Part shown: positions 34,706 to 45,093 of the stretch, piece after piece
How positions within the stretch are numbered: the stretch's first letter is position 1
How the letters are laid out: each line of letters starts with the position of its first letter
Origin: Candidatus Kuenenia stuttgartensis
GTDB taxonomy: Bacteria; Planctomycetota; Phycisphaerae; Phycisphaerales; SM1A02
Length of the DNA stretch: 64,000 bases
NCBI GenBank assembly: GCA_945902075.1
Contig: CAMDMA010000003.1
Location: 5,022 to 69,021 of the forward strand
Direction of reading: 5' to 3'
The notes under the pieces: generated by a model
What the model saw: the letters and a program-made list of their open reading frames with translations, nothing else
Database searches by the model: none
Told to the model about the DNA's origin: nothing
Made by a program: the position numbers and the translations under genes

Positions 34706-36625
34706 TCAATTGGCTGCCGCGAGTGCCGGCAACGGAACATCCAACGCATCAGCCACGGAGCGCACGACCAAGTGCTCGCTCTCCGTGACGCCGCCATCGT
34801 GGGCAGCTGCCGCCGCACAGGCATTCAAAAAGCGTGCGCGATCGGCGAAACGAAGCGTCGCGAGCCGAAGTACCGCTGCATTCAAAGCATCGAGTGAACG
34901 GATGTTGGTGTCGGGAAACGATGGTGATTGAAGCCCCATCGCGTTGTAGCCGCGCGCAAAGGCGCGCGCAGCGGAGTCACCGGACTGTTCGGTCGCGGCA
35001 ATGGTTGCAAGCACAGTTCGCGCCTCGTCAGCTAGAATCTCCAATCGCGCATCAGCACTTGCCGGGTTCTTCGCGAAGCGACGCTCAACATTGCGCTCAA
35101 GGCATTTCGCCAGCGACCATTCGCGCAAGTCAACGCGGCCATCAGATTGCATCGTGCGTGCGAGAACCTCGCGGAATTTTCGGTAACGCGGTATTCCGAG
35201 TGCAAAGAGTGCGGGTGCTGCGAGTTCGGCGAGCGCGAGTTGCATGTCGGCTCGAAGTTCTGCAACAGGAGCGGCAAGTGCGGCGTAGGACGCGTAGGCC
35301 TCGCGATCATCAGCGGCAATGAGCCGATCACAAACATCGTGTCCAGCAGCTCGGCGCGCGATCAAATAGCAAAGTGCACGCGCGCCGACTGAGTCATGTG
35401 CGGCGTCTATGAGCGCCGTCGGAAGCGCGGACTTCCAAGCGTGCACTCGGTCGATCGCAGCGGGATCAAGTGTTCCCGCGGCAGCGACAGCATCGGAGGT
35501 GAATCCTGCAAGAGCTGCAGTGGGTTGTCCGGCGGCGGGCTTTGCTCGTGCCGCGGGGGTTGAGCGCGGTGCGATGCTTGCCGCGACAGCCTCACGCGCG
35601 CCAAGTCGAACTGCGCCCATCGCGACGATGCGCTTGATGCGCTCGTCGATAGGTGGATGGGTTGCAAGGAGCGTGTCAAGCGAACTACAGAAAAAGAAAT
35701 GATTGAGTTCACTCGCCGCTGGAGATGCAACGCGAGCGGAGTAGTGGTCGCGGATCTTTGCGAGCGCGCCTCCGATGCCATCAGGATTTCGCGTGTACTG
35801 CACGGCGGAAGCGTCAGCAAGAAACTCGCGTTGGCGACTGATTGCAGCTTGGATCATGCGTCCGAAGAGCATGCCGATTGATCCAATTGCCCAGATCAGC
35901 AGGCCTCCGACGATGAGTCCGGCGCCAATGGCAGGACCAGGATTATTTTTTCCACCGCGCGATCGCGCAAGCGAAGGTCCGATGTATCGAAAGCAGATGT
36001 AGCCAATCACACCAACTGCCATGATGCCAGCGATCACCGCCGTTGTACGCGCATTGATCCGTGTGTCGCCATGAAAAATGTGGCTGTACTCATGGGCAAT
36101 CACCCCCTGCAACTCATCGCGCGAGAGCAGATGAATGCAGCCGCGCGTTACCCCGATTACGGAACGTGACGGATCAGGCCCCGCTGCGAATGCGTTGATG
36201 GATCCCGTTTCCATGAGATACACCGGTGGGACAGGTACGCCGCTTGCAATCGACATTTCTTCGACGATGTCGAGCACCGCGCGTTCCTCGCGATCTCGCG
36301 TTGCTGGATCGATTCGTACGCCACCGAGCATCTCCGCAATCTTTTCGCCGCCTTGCGAAAGTTGCGCCAACTTGACGAGCGTTGCAATTCCGACGATCGC
36401 ACCAACGATCGTCATGACAGTGAGAAGTGCTTGCCAGTTTCCAAACGCGGCTGCCCAGTTAGGTTTTCCGCCGTTGCGGTCCGCACCGGCCAGCGCAATC
36501 GGAACAATTGCAACAAGCCACACCGAAAGCATTGTCCCAAGCACGCCGAAAATGAACATGGCAACGAGGCGGCCAGTCTGTTTGCGAGCATCATCCTGGC
36601 TTGTAAAGAAGTCAGTCGACATCAT
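34706..36625 (-). CDS. M48-family (HtpX/Ste24-like) zinc metallopeptidase with a long Ala-rich C-terminal region
   Basis: TM helices, the HEXXH motif in VIAHEYSHIFHGD, and a downstream REFLADASAV. The C-terminal ~330 aa are non-catalytic. Confidence 0.75.
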   Translation of the reverse strand: MMSTDFFTSQDDARKQTGRLVAMFIFGVLGTMLSVWLVAIVPIALAGADRNGGKPNWAAAFGNWQALLTVMTIVGAIVGIATLVKLAQLSQGGEKIAEMLGGVRIDPATRDREERAVLDIVEEMSIASGVPVPPVYLMETGSINAFAAGPDPSRSVIGVTRGCIHLLSRDELQGVIAHEYSHIFHGDTRINARTTAVIAGIMAVGVIGYICFRYIGPSLARSRGGKNNPGPAIGAGLIVGGLLIWAIGSIGMLFGRMIQAAISRQREFLADASAVQYTRNPDGIGGALAKIRDHYSARVASPAASELNHFFFCSSLDTLLATHPPIDERIKRIVAMGAVRLGAREAVAASIAPRSTPAARAKPAAGQPTAALAGFTSDAVAAAGTLDPAAIDRVHAWKSALPTALIDAAHDSVGARALCYLIARRAAGHDVCDRLIAADDREAYASYAALAAPVAELRADMQLALAELAAPALFALGIPRYRKFREVLARTMQSDGRVDLREWSLAKCLERNVERRFAKNPASADARLEILADEARTVLATIAATEQSGDSAARAFARGYNAMGLQSPSFPDTNIRSLDALNAAVLRLATLRFADRARFLNACAAAAAHDGGVTESEHLVVRSVADALDVPLPALAAAN

Positions 36626-36646
36626 CTCTCCTTGCGTGTGGCCGCG

Positions 36647-37279
36647 TCAAAATTTCACAGCAACATTTGCGCGAGCATCAGATTCGGCTTCAAATAAGCC
36701 CATTTCGCGAATTCCAAACACGCGCGCAACGATGCTTGCCGGAAAGACAACGATCGATTCGTTGAGTCGCATGACAGCATCGTTGAAGGCTTGACGGGCG
36801 AATGCGATGCGATTTTCCGTGCTCGCAAGCTCCTCTTGAAGTCGAAGCGTGCTCTCGCTCGCCTTGAGGTCGGGGTAGCGTTCGATCAGCCCCATGAGCC
36901 GACCGATTGCACTATCAAGCGCGCCAGACGCATTCGCGAGCGCGGACATCGAGGCGATTCCCATCGCGCCACCTTCGACCGCGCCGAGCGCGCCCGACGC
37001 CTGCGCACGCGCTTTCACAACAGCTTCGAGTGTCTCGCGTTCATGCGTCATGTAGCCTTTCACTGTTTCGACGAGATTCGGAATCAGATCATGTCGACGC
37101 TTCAATTGCACGTCGATCTGGCTGAAGGCATTCCGCGCTCGAACCTGCTTCCGGCGGAGCCCGTTGTAAACAACGACGGTCCAAAAGCACACGATTGCGA
37201 GTACGAGAGCGAGTACGACCCCGGCGCCACCAATCGTGGTTGCGATGTCCGCGACGAAAATCGTGTGGTTTCCAAACAT
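36647..37279 (-). CDS. lemA: LemA family protein
   Basis: An N-terminal TM helix, then YNGLRRKQVRARNAFSQIDVQLKRRHDLIPNLVETVKGY..E..TLE.V..AR. Confidence 0.85.
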   Translation of the reverse strand: MFGNHTIFVADIATTIGGAGVVLALVLAIVCFWTVVVYNGLRRKQVRARNAFSQIDVQLKRRHDLIPNLVETVKGYMTHERETLEAVVKARAQASGALGAVEGGAMGIASMSALANASGALDSAIGRLMGLIERYPDLKASESTLRLQEELASTENRIAFARQAFNDAVMRLNESIVVFPASIVARVFGIREMGLFEAESDARANVAVKF

Positions 37280-37348
37280 GTCGCGGAGTGTAGACGGAGC
37301 GTTCCTGCGCGTGTCGGTGTTCGCGCGCGGGCTCGGCGCGCAGCGGTT

Positions 37349-38854
37349 TTAAAGGGTGGGCCCATTCGCGTCGCTCGCGCGGGTCGATGGCAGTCTGCCA
37401 AGTAGTGCGCGGCTTCGGGCGCGACGTAATTTTGTGCGCGAGAGGAGTTCTTCGGTGAAGCGAACCGTGTCGAGCATGAATGTCCCGATTCCGAGCATCA
37501 CCGCATCCGCGCGTGCGGCGTCGGCTGCATCGGTGACCTCGCCGCGTGTTGGAAAACCGTGGTCGGTCATCGATTCGAGTACTTGCGTCGCCCAGATAAC
37601 GGGGACATGTGCGGCTTCCGCGAGCGCGAGGATTTCATCTTGTGCCTCTGGAAGATTTTCGAAACCGATTTCGACACCGAGATCGCCGCGCGCGAGCATC
37701 ACGCCGCACGGCGGCATCTTCATCAACTCAAGCAAGATTTCGGGGAGCGCATTGCAGGCCTGCGGTGTTTCAATCTTTGCAACGATGCCGATTGGGCGTT
37801 GCGTACGCTCAAGAACGGCACGATGAAGATCTTGGACATCAGAGGCAGAGCGCACGAAACTCATGGAGACGAAGTCGACGTGCGCGACCGCGAAGTCGAG
37901 CGTCTTGAAGTCGGCGTCGGTGAGTGCGCGGATCGGAAGATCGGTGTCAGGGACATTCACACCCTTCCGATCCTTGAGCGGCCACGCGCCAGTACGAGCG
38001 GCCTCCACAATGCAAGTCGCTTCACCACTCACCCGATTGACAGCTGTGCAGCGCGCCCGAATGTTGCCATCGTCAAAGAGTACGCGGTGACCCTGTGCGA
38101 TATGCGCCACGAGTTCGCGGGGACGAACAGCGACACGCGCGGGACCAGTCGCAAAGCACTCTTCGTCGCGTGGCGCGTCGGTACTCGTTGGCCCGGTGTG
38201 GAGAACGACGATGTCATTCGCACGCAAGATGATCGGGCCACTTGCGCAGACTCCGGTTCGCACCTTCGGCCCGGCAAGATCGATCGAGATTGGAATGCGT
38301 CGTCCACGCGTCGCAGCGGCCGTGCGAAGTGCTTCGGCGCACGCGGTCCACTGGGCGATGTCGCCGTGCGATGCATTAATGCGGCCAACATCCATTCCTG
38401 CATCGAGAAGAGAGCCCATGAATACAACATCACCTGCTCCCCACGGGGGTAACGTGACCATGATGCGAGTCGGATGCGGTCGTGGTGGACCGAGGAGTTC
38501 CGCGGCATGCCGTTCAAGGAGTGTCGCGCCGTCATCGATCGCAATATCGGCGCGCGGGCGATCAGATTCGCGGCCGCACATCGCAGCGAGCGCCCGCTCC
38601 ACAGCATCGAGTGTGGGCATCACATGGGCCTCGCGCCGCGCGAGTGAACTGAGTCCTGCGCGCACGAGTTCAGCTTGGAGCTGCGCGTGATCGGTGCCGC
38701 GGAGCGCAAGGTAGTGCGCGAGATTTCGCGCACTCCGTTGCATCGCAATCGGCAGCGCCCCAAGCGCGCTCTGCATCGAACGCTCAGTTGCCGAGGCCCC
38801 GTCGCGGAGCGAATGAATTGCGTCATGTAATCGCATGAGCCGATGAGTTTCCAT
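37349..38854 (-). CDS. Pyruvate kinase-family protein (atypical paralogue)
   Basis: PK barrel motifs: RIMVTLPP, GMDVGRINASHG, KIETPQA, MLARGDLGVEIG and VIWATQVLESM. ATG 38854 has AAGGAGA 7 nt upstream. It has a ~120-aa N-terminal extension and no C-terminal PK regulatory domain. Confidence 0.65.
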   Translation of the reverse strand: METHRLMRLHDAIHSLRDGASATERSMQSALGALPIAMQRSARNLAHYLALRGTDHAQLQAELVRAGLSSLARREAHVMPTLDAVERALAAMCGRESDRPRADIAIDDGATLLERHAAELLGPPRPHPTRIMVTLPPWGAGDVVFMGSLLDAGMDVGRINASHGDIAQWTACAEALRTAAATRGRRIPISIDLAGPKVRTGVCASGPIILRANDIVVLHTGPTSTDAPRDEECFATGPARVAVRPRELVAHIAQGHRVLFDDGNIRARCTAVNRVSGEATCIVEAARTGAWPLKDRKGVNVPDTDLPIRALTDADFKTLDFAVAHVDFVSMSFVRSASDVQDLHRAVLERTQRPIGIVAKIETPQACNALPEILLELMKMPPCGVMLARGDLGVEIGFENLPEAQDEILALAEAAHVPVIWATQVLESMTDHGFPTRGEVTDAADAARADAVMLGIGTFMLDTVRFTEELLSRTKLRRARSRALLGRLPSTRASDANGPTL

Positions 38855-38896
38855 GCGATTCTCCTTACGCGCGCACACTTTCGTGGGTTTCGTACT

Positions 38897-40498
38897 TTAT
38901 CCGCGCGACATTGCGATGCCCCCGAAGGGCAGCGTGGATAGCTCGACCTCAGGCACGCGCTTCTGAAAGTTTCGGATGGCCCACTCGTCGGTAAAGAAGA
39001 TCACACGGCGACCCATGTGATCGATTCCATGCGTTGAGTCTGAGAGGAGGTCCGGCAACCACTCTGCATCAGCAGACGGCTTTTTCCACCAACGCACCAG
39101 CTGCCAACGCGCTTTTTCAAGCCGCGACTCTGCGCCGTACTCGCTCTTCAATCGATACTGCACGACTTCGAATTGCAGTGGTCCAACCGCGGCGAGAATC
39201 GGAGTCTTCACCTGTCCGGTGCCGATTTCCATCTGTTGGACAACGCCCTCTTTGAGAAGTTGATCGACGCCGAGGCGATACTTCTTTGAGTTTCCTGGCT
39301 GGGGATTCGTCAGGTATGCGAAGACCTCAGGCGTGAACTGCGGGATTTCGTTGAAGCGAATCGTGCGATCTTCGGCGAGGGTGTCACCGATCTGCAGAAC
39401 ATCGTGGCCGATGATGCCAATGACATCGCCGGCCTCGCCCTCCTCAACTGTTTCGCGTTGTTGGCCGAACAATTTCTGCGCGCTGGAAAGACGAATCTTC
39501 TTTCCGCTCTGAACGTGAACCACGCTCATTTCGCGCTCGAAGTGGCCGCTCACGACGCGAATGAATGCGATGCGGTCGCGATGCTTCGGGTCCATATTGG
39601 CTTGGATCTTGAAGACGAATCCACTGAATCCAGGCTCCTGCGGCTCGACGAGTCGTTCACCCGAAACACGCGGACCTGGGTCAGCAGAGTGCTCTAGAAA
39701 TCCGTCAAGGAGCAGTTGCACGCCGAAGTTGTTCATCGCGCTGCCAAAATACACGGGGGTCGTTTGTCCAGCGAGCACGCGCTCACGATCGAAACTCTCG
39801 CCTGCGCCCTGCAACATCTCAATCTCGTCACGCGCTTGCGCGAGCACATCCGAATCAACGCGTTCGGCGAGCACAGGATCGTGAAGGCCGAGCACCTGGA
39901 CTGGCGCTTCATGTGCGCCCCGTCGCGTGCGCTCGAAAAGGTGCAGTTGCTTGGACAATCGGTCGTAAACCCCGCGGAACTCGTGGCCATTTCCAACGGG
40001 CCAATTCACCGGGAATGCGCCGATTCCAAGCACGCTCTCGAGTTCGTCAAGGAGGGCGATCGGATCTTTGGTGGGACGATCGCACTTATTGATAAAGGTA
40101 AAAATCGGGACGCCACGGCGGCGGCAAACCTCGAAGAGTTTGCGCGTTTGCGGCTCGATACCTTTTCCGGCGTCGATGACCATGACCGCGGCATCAACCG
40201 CGGTGAGCACGCGGTAGGTGTCCTCGGAGAAATCCTTGTGGCCTGGCGTGTCAAGCAGGTTCACGCGATAGCCGTTGTAGTCAAATTGCAGCACCGTCGA
40301 CGAGATGGAGATACCGCGTTGCTTCTCCAGTTCCATCCAGTCGGAGGCAGTCGCGCGTTGATCCTTGCGCGCGGTGACACTCCCGGCCAACGCGACCGCG
40401 CCGCCATAGAGGAGAAACTTCTCAGTGAGAGTCGTCTTTCCGGCGTCAGGGTGCGAGATGATCGCGAAGGTTCGGCGGGGGAGGTGTTCGGTCGTCAT
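38897..40498 (-). CDS. prfC: Peptide chain release factor 3
   Basis: RRTFAIISHPDAGKTTLTEKFLLYGGAV, DTPGHKDF and FINKCDR. ATG 40498 was chosen. Confidence 0.9.
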   Translation of the reverse strand: MTTEHLPRRTFAIISHPDAGKTTLTEKFLLYGGAVALAGSVTARKDQRATASDWMELEKQRGISISSTVLQFDYNGYRVNLLDTPGHKDFSEDTYRVLTAVDAAVMVIDAGKGIEPQTRKLFEVCRRRGVPIFTFINKCDRPTKDPIALLDELESVLGIGAFPVNWPVGNGHEFRGVYDRLSKQLHLFERTRRGAHEAPVQVLGLHDPVLAERVDSDVLAQARDEIEMLQGAGESFDRERVLAGQTTPVYFGSAMNNFGVQLLLDGFLEHSADPGPRVSGERLVEPQEPGFSGFVFKIQANMDPKHRDRIAFIRVVSGHFEREMSVVHVQSGKKIRLSSAQKLFGQQRETVEEGEAGDVIGIIGHDVLQIGDTLAEDRTIRFNEIPQFTPEVFAYLTNPQPGNSKKYRLGVDQLLKEGVVQQMEIGTGQVKTPILAAVGPLQFEVVQYRLKSEYGAESRLEKARWQLVRWWKKPSADAEWLPDLLSDSTHGIDHMGRRVIFFTDEWAIRNFQKRVPEVELSTLPFGGIAMSRG

Positions 40499-40606
40499 AG
40501 CGGTGATCCGCCGAAGCGGACTCTCATTGTCGCATGGAAGCGCCATCCGCGCAGCATGTCTGTTGCTCGAGACCTTGCGTGATCGCAAGAGCCTTGTTCA
40601 AATGCG

Positions 40607-42160
40607 ATGATGCAACCAAACACTTGTTGGGGCACGCTTTTCCTTTCGATTTTCTTCGCGGCAGGCATGTCGCTCCCACAGGAGGCGGCACCGTCCACTG
40701 AAAGCCCGTCGGTGAGCCCAACGGTCGCAGCTGCCCCAATTTTCGAAGAAGCCACGCTCCGAAAGTCGGTCATCAACATCTCGGTGCGACAAGAATTGCG
40801 GAATCCGACAACGCCATGGAAGCGCGAATCGCCGCAGGAATTTGGTGGTTCGGGCGTAGTGATTGCGCCGGGGAAAATCCTGACCAATGCCCATGTCGTC
40901 GAACAGGCAAGCGAAATCCTCATTGAGAGTTCGCAGACAAAGTTGCCGCTGCAGGTTGAACTTCTTGGATTCGATTCGACACGCGATCTTGCGTTGCTTG
41001 GCACCACGGACGCAGAATTTATCGCAGCTCATCCTCCGATCCTGATTCTCAATGGGCTCCCCAAAGAGGGAACGCGCGTGGTCGTGATGGGCTACCCCCT
41101 CGGCGGTGATGCGCTTTCGACGACGAGTGGCGTTATATCGCGCATCGAATGGGCGGAGATCGGTCAATCGAGCGAGGAAGGGATGCGCGTACAAGTGGAT
41201 GCCGCGATCAACTTCGGGAACTCCGGTGGCCCAGCCTTTGTCGATGGGCAAGTTGCTGGATTGGCGTTTAGCGGCATGGACAACGCCATGTCAGACAACA
41301 TCGCGTATCTGCTTGCAACCGAGGAGATTGGTCGTTTCCTCGATGAAGTCGCGAGTGGAAAAGTCGACGGCAATACGGTGAGCGATGTGCAGATCCAGAC
41401 ACTTGAAAACCCGTCGCTTCGCGCGAAGCTTGGTGCTGGGTCTGAGACTGAGGGCGTCGTTGTCATCAGGCAGAAGGGTGGCCCACTTCAGGCATGGGAC
41501 ATCATCACTTCTGTTTCGGGATATGCCGTCGACAACAAAGGGCAGATTTCGATTGAGGGCGACCGTAAAGTTTCGATGAACTGCGCGATTGGACGCTTTG
41601 TTCCGAGCGCAACAGCCGAGTCCATCGCGATCGATATCCTGCGTGATGGAAAGCCACTCTCGCTGCAGATGCCAGCGTATTCGTTGGCCAATCGCACGAT
41701 TGGCTCCTATCCGGATGGCAACTTTCCGTACCTGGTGTACGGGCCCCTCGTCTTTAGTCCGCTGCATGACGAGCTTCTCCGAGAGTCGAGCGGTTGGATG
41801 ATTTTCGCCGACGGTCCTGTCGCCGCGAGTCTCCTTGATCTTCGTCCGAGTGGCGGTCGGCAATTCGTCTCGGTGGCGAGTCCGCTCCTCTCAAGCCCGA
41901 TCGGTCGTGGATACGAAGCGCAGGTTGGGCAGACTGTTGCAACGGTCAACGGGAAAGAGTTCCGAAACTTCGCGGAGTTCGTGACGGTGCTGCGCGATCT
42001 CGAGGACGAGTATGTGGTGTTTGAGTTTTTCGAATCCGGGGTTGAGCGCATCGTGTTCAAGCGGGCCGAGGTCGATTCGGCCACCGATAGCATCATGGAT
42101 TCGAATGGCATCCGTCGAGCATGCTCCAAGGATGTACGCGAGATTTGGGAGAAAGAGTAG
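40607..42160 (+). CDS. Trypsin-like serine protease (S1C/Deg-like) with PDZ-like C-terminal region
   Basis: A signal peptide plus the catalytic triad context: ILTNAHVV, DLALLG and GNSGGPAF. Confidence 0.7.
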   Translation: MMQPNTCWGTLFLSIFFAAGMSLPQEAAPSTESPSVSPTVAAAPIFEEATLRKSVINISVRQELRNPTTPWKRESPQEFGGSGVVIAPGKILTNAHVVEQASEILIESSQTKLPLQVELLGFDSTRDLALLGTTDAEFIAAHPPILILNGLPKEGTRVVVMGYPLGGDALSTTSGVISRIEWAEIGQSSEEGMRVQVDAAINFGNSGGPAFVDGQVAGLAFSGMDNAMSDNIAYLLATEEIGRFLDEVASGKVDGNTVSDVQIQTLENPSLRAKLGAGSETEGVVVIRQKGGPLQAWDIITSVSGYAVDNKGQISIEGDRKVSMNCAIGRFVPSATAESIAIDILRDGKPLSLQMPAYSLANRTIGSYPDGNFPYLVYGPLVFSPLHDELLRESSGWMIFADGPVAASLLDLRPSGGRQFVSVASPLLSSPIGRGYEAQVGQTVATVNGKEFRNFAEFVTVLRDLEDEYVVFEFFESGVERIVFKRAEVDSATDSIMDSNGIRRACSKDVREIWEKE

Positions 42161-42197
42161 CGATCCCAGCGCGTGGTAGGACCGCTATCCTCTGCGC

Positions 42198-43727
42198 GTG
42201 CTTCACTCGAATATTCTCGATCTTCCTGAACGCATCGCCGCACGCGAAGCCGATTGGCGCGCGGGGGCGGTTGTGTATCAAGTGTTTGTCGATCGATTCG
42301 CGCCGAGCGACGATCTGGCCTCGAAGCGGCATCGCTACGAAGCACCAAAGACCCTTCGCGAGTGGCATGAGAAACCGTCGAAGGGCCATTTCGTCCCTGA
42401 CGCGGGTGTCTGGAGTCACGAAATCGACTTCTGGGGCGGAGACCTCGCGAGTGTGCGCGCTCGGCTCGGTCACCTTGAGGCGATCTCGGCCGACGTGCTC
42501 TATCTCAACCCAATTCATCTCGCGTACACCAATCACAAGTACGACGCTGCCGACTATCTCGAGATCAGTCCTGAGTACGGCACGCGCAGCGATTTGCGCA
42601 TGCTCATTGGTGATGCGCACGCGCGCGGCATCAAAATCATGCTTGATGGCGTGTTTAATCACGTTGGCCGCCGACATCGCTTCTTTGAAGATGCGATGCG
42701 CAGTGAATCAAGCGACTATCGCTCATGGTTCTTCATCGGCAGTCAGTATCCAAACGGATACCGCGGATGGGCCGACGTCGCCAATTTGCCCGATCTGCAC
42801 GTTGAACGCGACGAAGTTCGCGAGCATCTGTGGCTTGGTGAGGCTAGTGCGGTGCGCTCCTACTTACGAGATGGCATCGACGGGTGGCGACTCGATGTCG
42901 CGAGCGATCTTGGGCCACACTTTCTCCGCGAGTTGACGCAGGCGGCACACCGCGAGAAGCCCGGCAGTGCAGTTGTCGGCGAAATTTGGAACGCACCCGC
43001 GGGCTGGGATCGCGCGCTTGACGGCATTCTCAATATGAACGCGCGGATGATTCTGCTTGATTACTGCTGCGGTCGCTCCGATGGCGCGACGACCGCAGAT
43101 CGTCTTCGTGACATGGTCGAGGACGCAGGCATCGAGTTCGTACTTCGCTGCTGGACCACGCTTGAGAACCATGACACCGAGCGACTGGCTCATGCTGTTG
43201 CAGACGAGGGCGCACGCCGTGTCGCTCATACGCTGCAAGCAACGCTGCCTGGGTGCCCAAATCTCTACTACGGCCAGGAGCTTGGTACCAATGGCGGGGC
43301 CGATCCGGAGAACCGCGCTCCGATGCAGTGGGATCTCGTGCGTGACAATCATCCGGAATGGAGATTTATGCGCGAGCTCTATACGGCGCGCCGCTCGTTG
43401 CGCGCGCTTGCGAAGGGCGACGTCGTTTTCCTACGCACGAAAAAATTACTTGCGTTCATGCGCACGACGGATCGGGCGCTTGAGAGTTGTCTTGTGGTTG
43501 CCAACATGACCGACAGCGAGGTCGAAGAAACCGTCGGGGTACGCGACGGGCGGATCATGGCGGGAACGACGTTCAAGGACGCGCTCGCCTTTGATCGCAA
43601 TGAGGCAATGCAGGTACACGTCCACATGGGATTTGCGACGATCACATTGCCAGCAAAATCCGTGCGGGTGTTGCGTGTCGTACCGCCCGTGCCGGGGCAG
43701 CACTCGCCGTACAAGCGGATGCGGTGA
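42198..43727 (+). CDS. GH13 alpha-amylase-family glycoside hydrolase (neopullulanase/cyclomaltodextrinase-like)
   Basis: YQVFVDRFA, LYLNPIH, DGVFNHVG, GWRLDVA, VGEIW and LENHDTERL. GTG start. Confidence 0.8.
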   Translation: MLHSNILDLPERIAAREADWRAGAVVYQVFVDRFAPSDDLASKRHRYEAPKTLREWHEKPSKGHFVPDAGVWSHEIDFWGGDLASVRARLGHLEAISADVLYLNPIHLAYTNHKYDAADYLEISPEYGTRSDLRMLIGDAHARGIKIMLDGVFNHVGRRHRFFEDAMRSESSDYRSWFFIGSQYPNGYRGWADVANLPDLHVERDEVREHLWLGEASAVRSYLRDGIDGWRLDVASDLGPHFLRELTQAAHREKPGSAVVGEIWNAPAGWDRALDGILNMNARMILLDYCCGRSDGATTADRLRDMVEDAGIEFVLRCWTTLENHDTERLAHAVADEGARRVAHTLQATLPGCPNLYYGQELGTNGGADPENRAPMQWDLVRDNHPEWRFMRELYTARRSLRALAKGDVVFLRTKKLLAFMRTTDRALESCLVVANMTDSEVEETVGVRDGRIMAGTTFKDALAFDRNEAMQVHVHMGFATITLPAKSVRVLRVVPPVPGQHSPYKRMR

Positions 43728-43812
43728 GCGCGGCTGCGGCGGTGTCTCGGGAATTGCTGCGACGGTGTCGCTTGGCTCCACTCGGAGCGCCCGGGGGCGC
43801 CATACTGCGCGG

Positions 43813-45093
43813 ATGCTCTCGCCTGCCGTCCCTACGACCACGCACGACCTGGCAATTCGCACCGATGGCGTCCACGCTGCTGCTCGCGCCGAACTCGCGC
43901 GCACGCAGGGGCTCCTGCGCCTCGCCCCGTGCTGGGTACCGCGCTCATTCTTGCAGCCGGGCCTACGCATCAAGCTACACCCCGACGACACCTATGCGTA
44001 TGGACTTCATCGCGGTGGCATTGACGAGCGTTGGTTTGGATCAACCACCGATGCTGCGAACGACAACCGCACGCCGGACGAGGGACTCTCGTATTGCGTT
44101 GTTGGCCGCGAGCGTTTTACGCTCAAGCAGGCTGTCGCCGAGTTGGGCGCCGACATCGTCGGCGACGCGATCTGGTCGAAATATCGCAAATGGCCTGTGT
44201 ACGCGAAGTTTTTCGACAACATGGGACCGATCCCGCACCACATGCATCAAGACGACGCGCAGGCCGCGCTTGTCGGACAGGAAGGGAAGCCTGAGGCGTA
44301 CTACTTCCCGCCGCAGCACAATCCGGTTGGAAACAACTTTCCGCACACCTTCATGGGACTTGTGCCCGGGACGACGAAGTCGGATGTGCGTCGCTGCCTC
44401 GAGCAGTGGAACAACGGCGACAACGGCATCCTCGATATCTCGCAGGCGTATCGCCTGAAGGTCGGCTCGGGCTGGATCATGGAGCCGCGCGTGCTGCATG
44501 CACCAGGGTCGCTCTGCACCTACGAGCCGCAGTGGGGGAGCGATGTGTTCGCGATGTATCAGTCGCTCGTCGAGGGCCGCATGGTTCCGTGGGAACTGCT
44601 CGTCAAGGACATGCCGAGCGGCAAGCACCGCGACCTCGACTTCATCGTCGAGCAACTCGACTGGGAGAAAAATGTCGACCCGAACTTCAAGGCAAACCAC
44701 TATCTCGAGCCGGTGACTGCGGCGCAGGGTGCGGGCTGGTACGACCGTTGGATCATCTACGGCAAGATGAACGGCTTCGAGTATTTCACAGCGAAGGAAC
44801 TCACAGTTGAGCCGGGCGCGACGGCAACTGTCGCCGACAACGGTGCGTATGGCCTCACCTGCGTGCAGGGAACGGGCACGATCAACGGCGAACCGCTTTC
44901 GAGCCCGCGACTCATTCGCTTCCGCGAATTGACAAATGACGAGTATTTCTGCACCGCCGGTGGCGCGCGCCGGGGCGTGGTATTCACCAACACTTCGACA
45001 ACGGAACCGCTCGTCTGCCTGCGATATTTCGGTCCCGAAGTTCACCCCAATGCACCTTCTGTTGGCGCACATCTTTCCCAAGGATCAGTATGA
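43813..45093 (+). CDS. Type I phosphomannose-isomerase-like cupin protein (function uncertain)
   Basis: ATG 43813 was chosen because the 5' part of ORF 43591.. overlaps the GH13 gene. [28 protein letters not shown] and VLHAPG resemble the PMI metal-site layout. Confidence 0.5.
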   Translation: MLSPAVPTTTHDLAIRTDGVHAAARAELARTQGLLRLAPCWVPRSFLQPGLRIKLHPDDTYAYGLHRGGIDERWFGSTTDAANDNRTPDEGLSYCVVGRERFTLKQAVAELGADIVGDAIWSKYRKWPVYAKFFDNMGPIPHHMHQDDAQAALVGQEGKPEAYYFPPQHNPVGNNFPHTFMGLVPGTTKSDVRRCLEQWNNGDNGILDISQAYRLKVGSGWIMEPRVLHAPGSLCTYEPQWGSDVFAMYQSLVEGRMVPWELLVKDMPSGKHRDLDFIVEQLDWEKNVDPNFKANHYLEPVTAAQGAGWYDRWIIYGKMNGFEYFTAKELTVEPGATATVADNGAYGLTCVQGTGTINGEPLSSPRLIRFRELTNDEYFCTAGGARRGVVFTNTSTTEPLVCLRYFGPEVHPNAPSVGAHLSQGSV

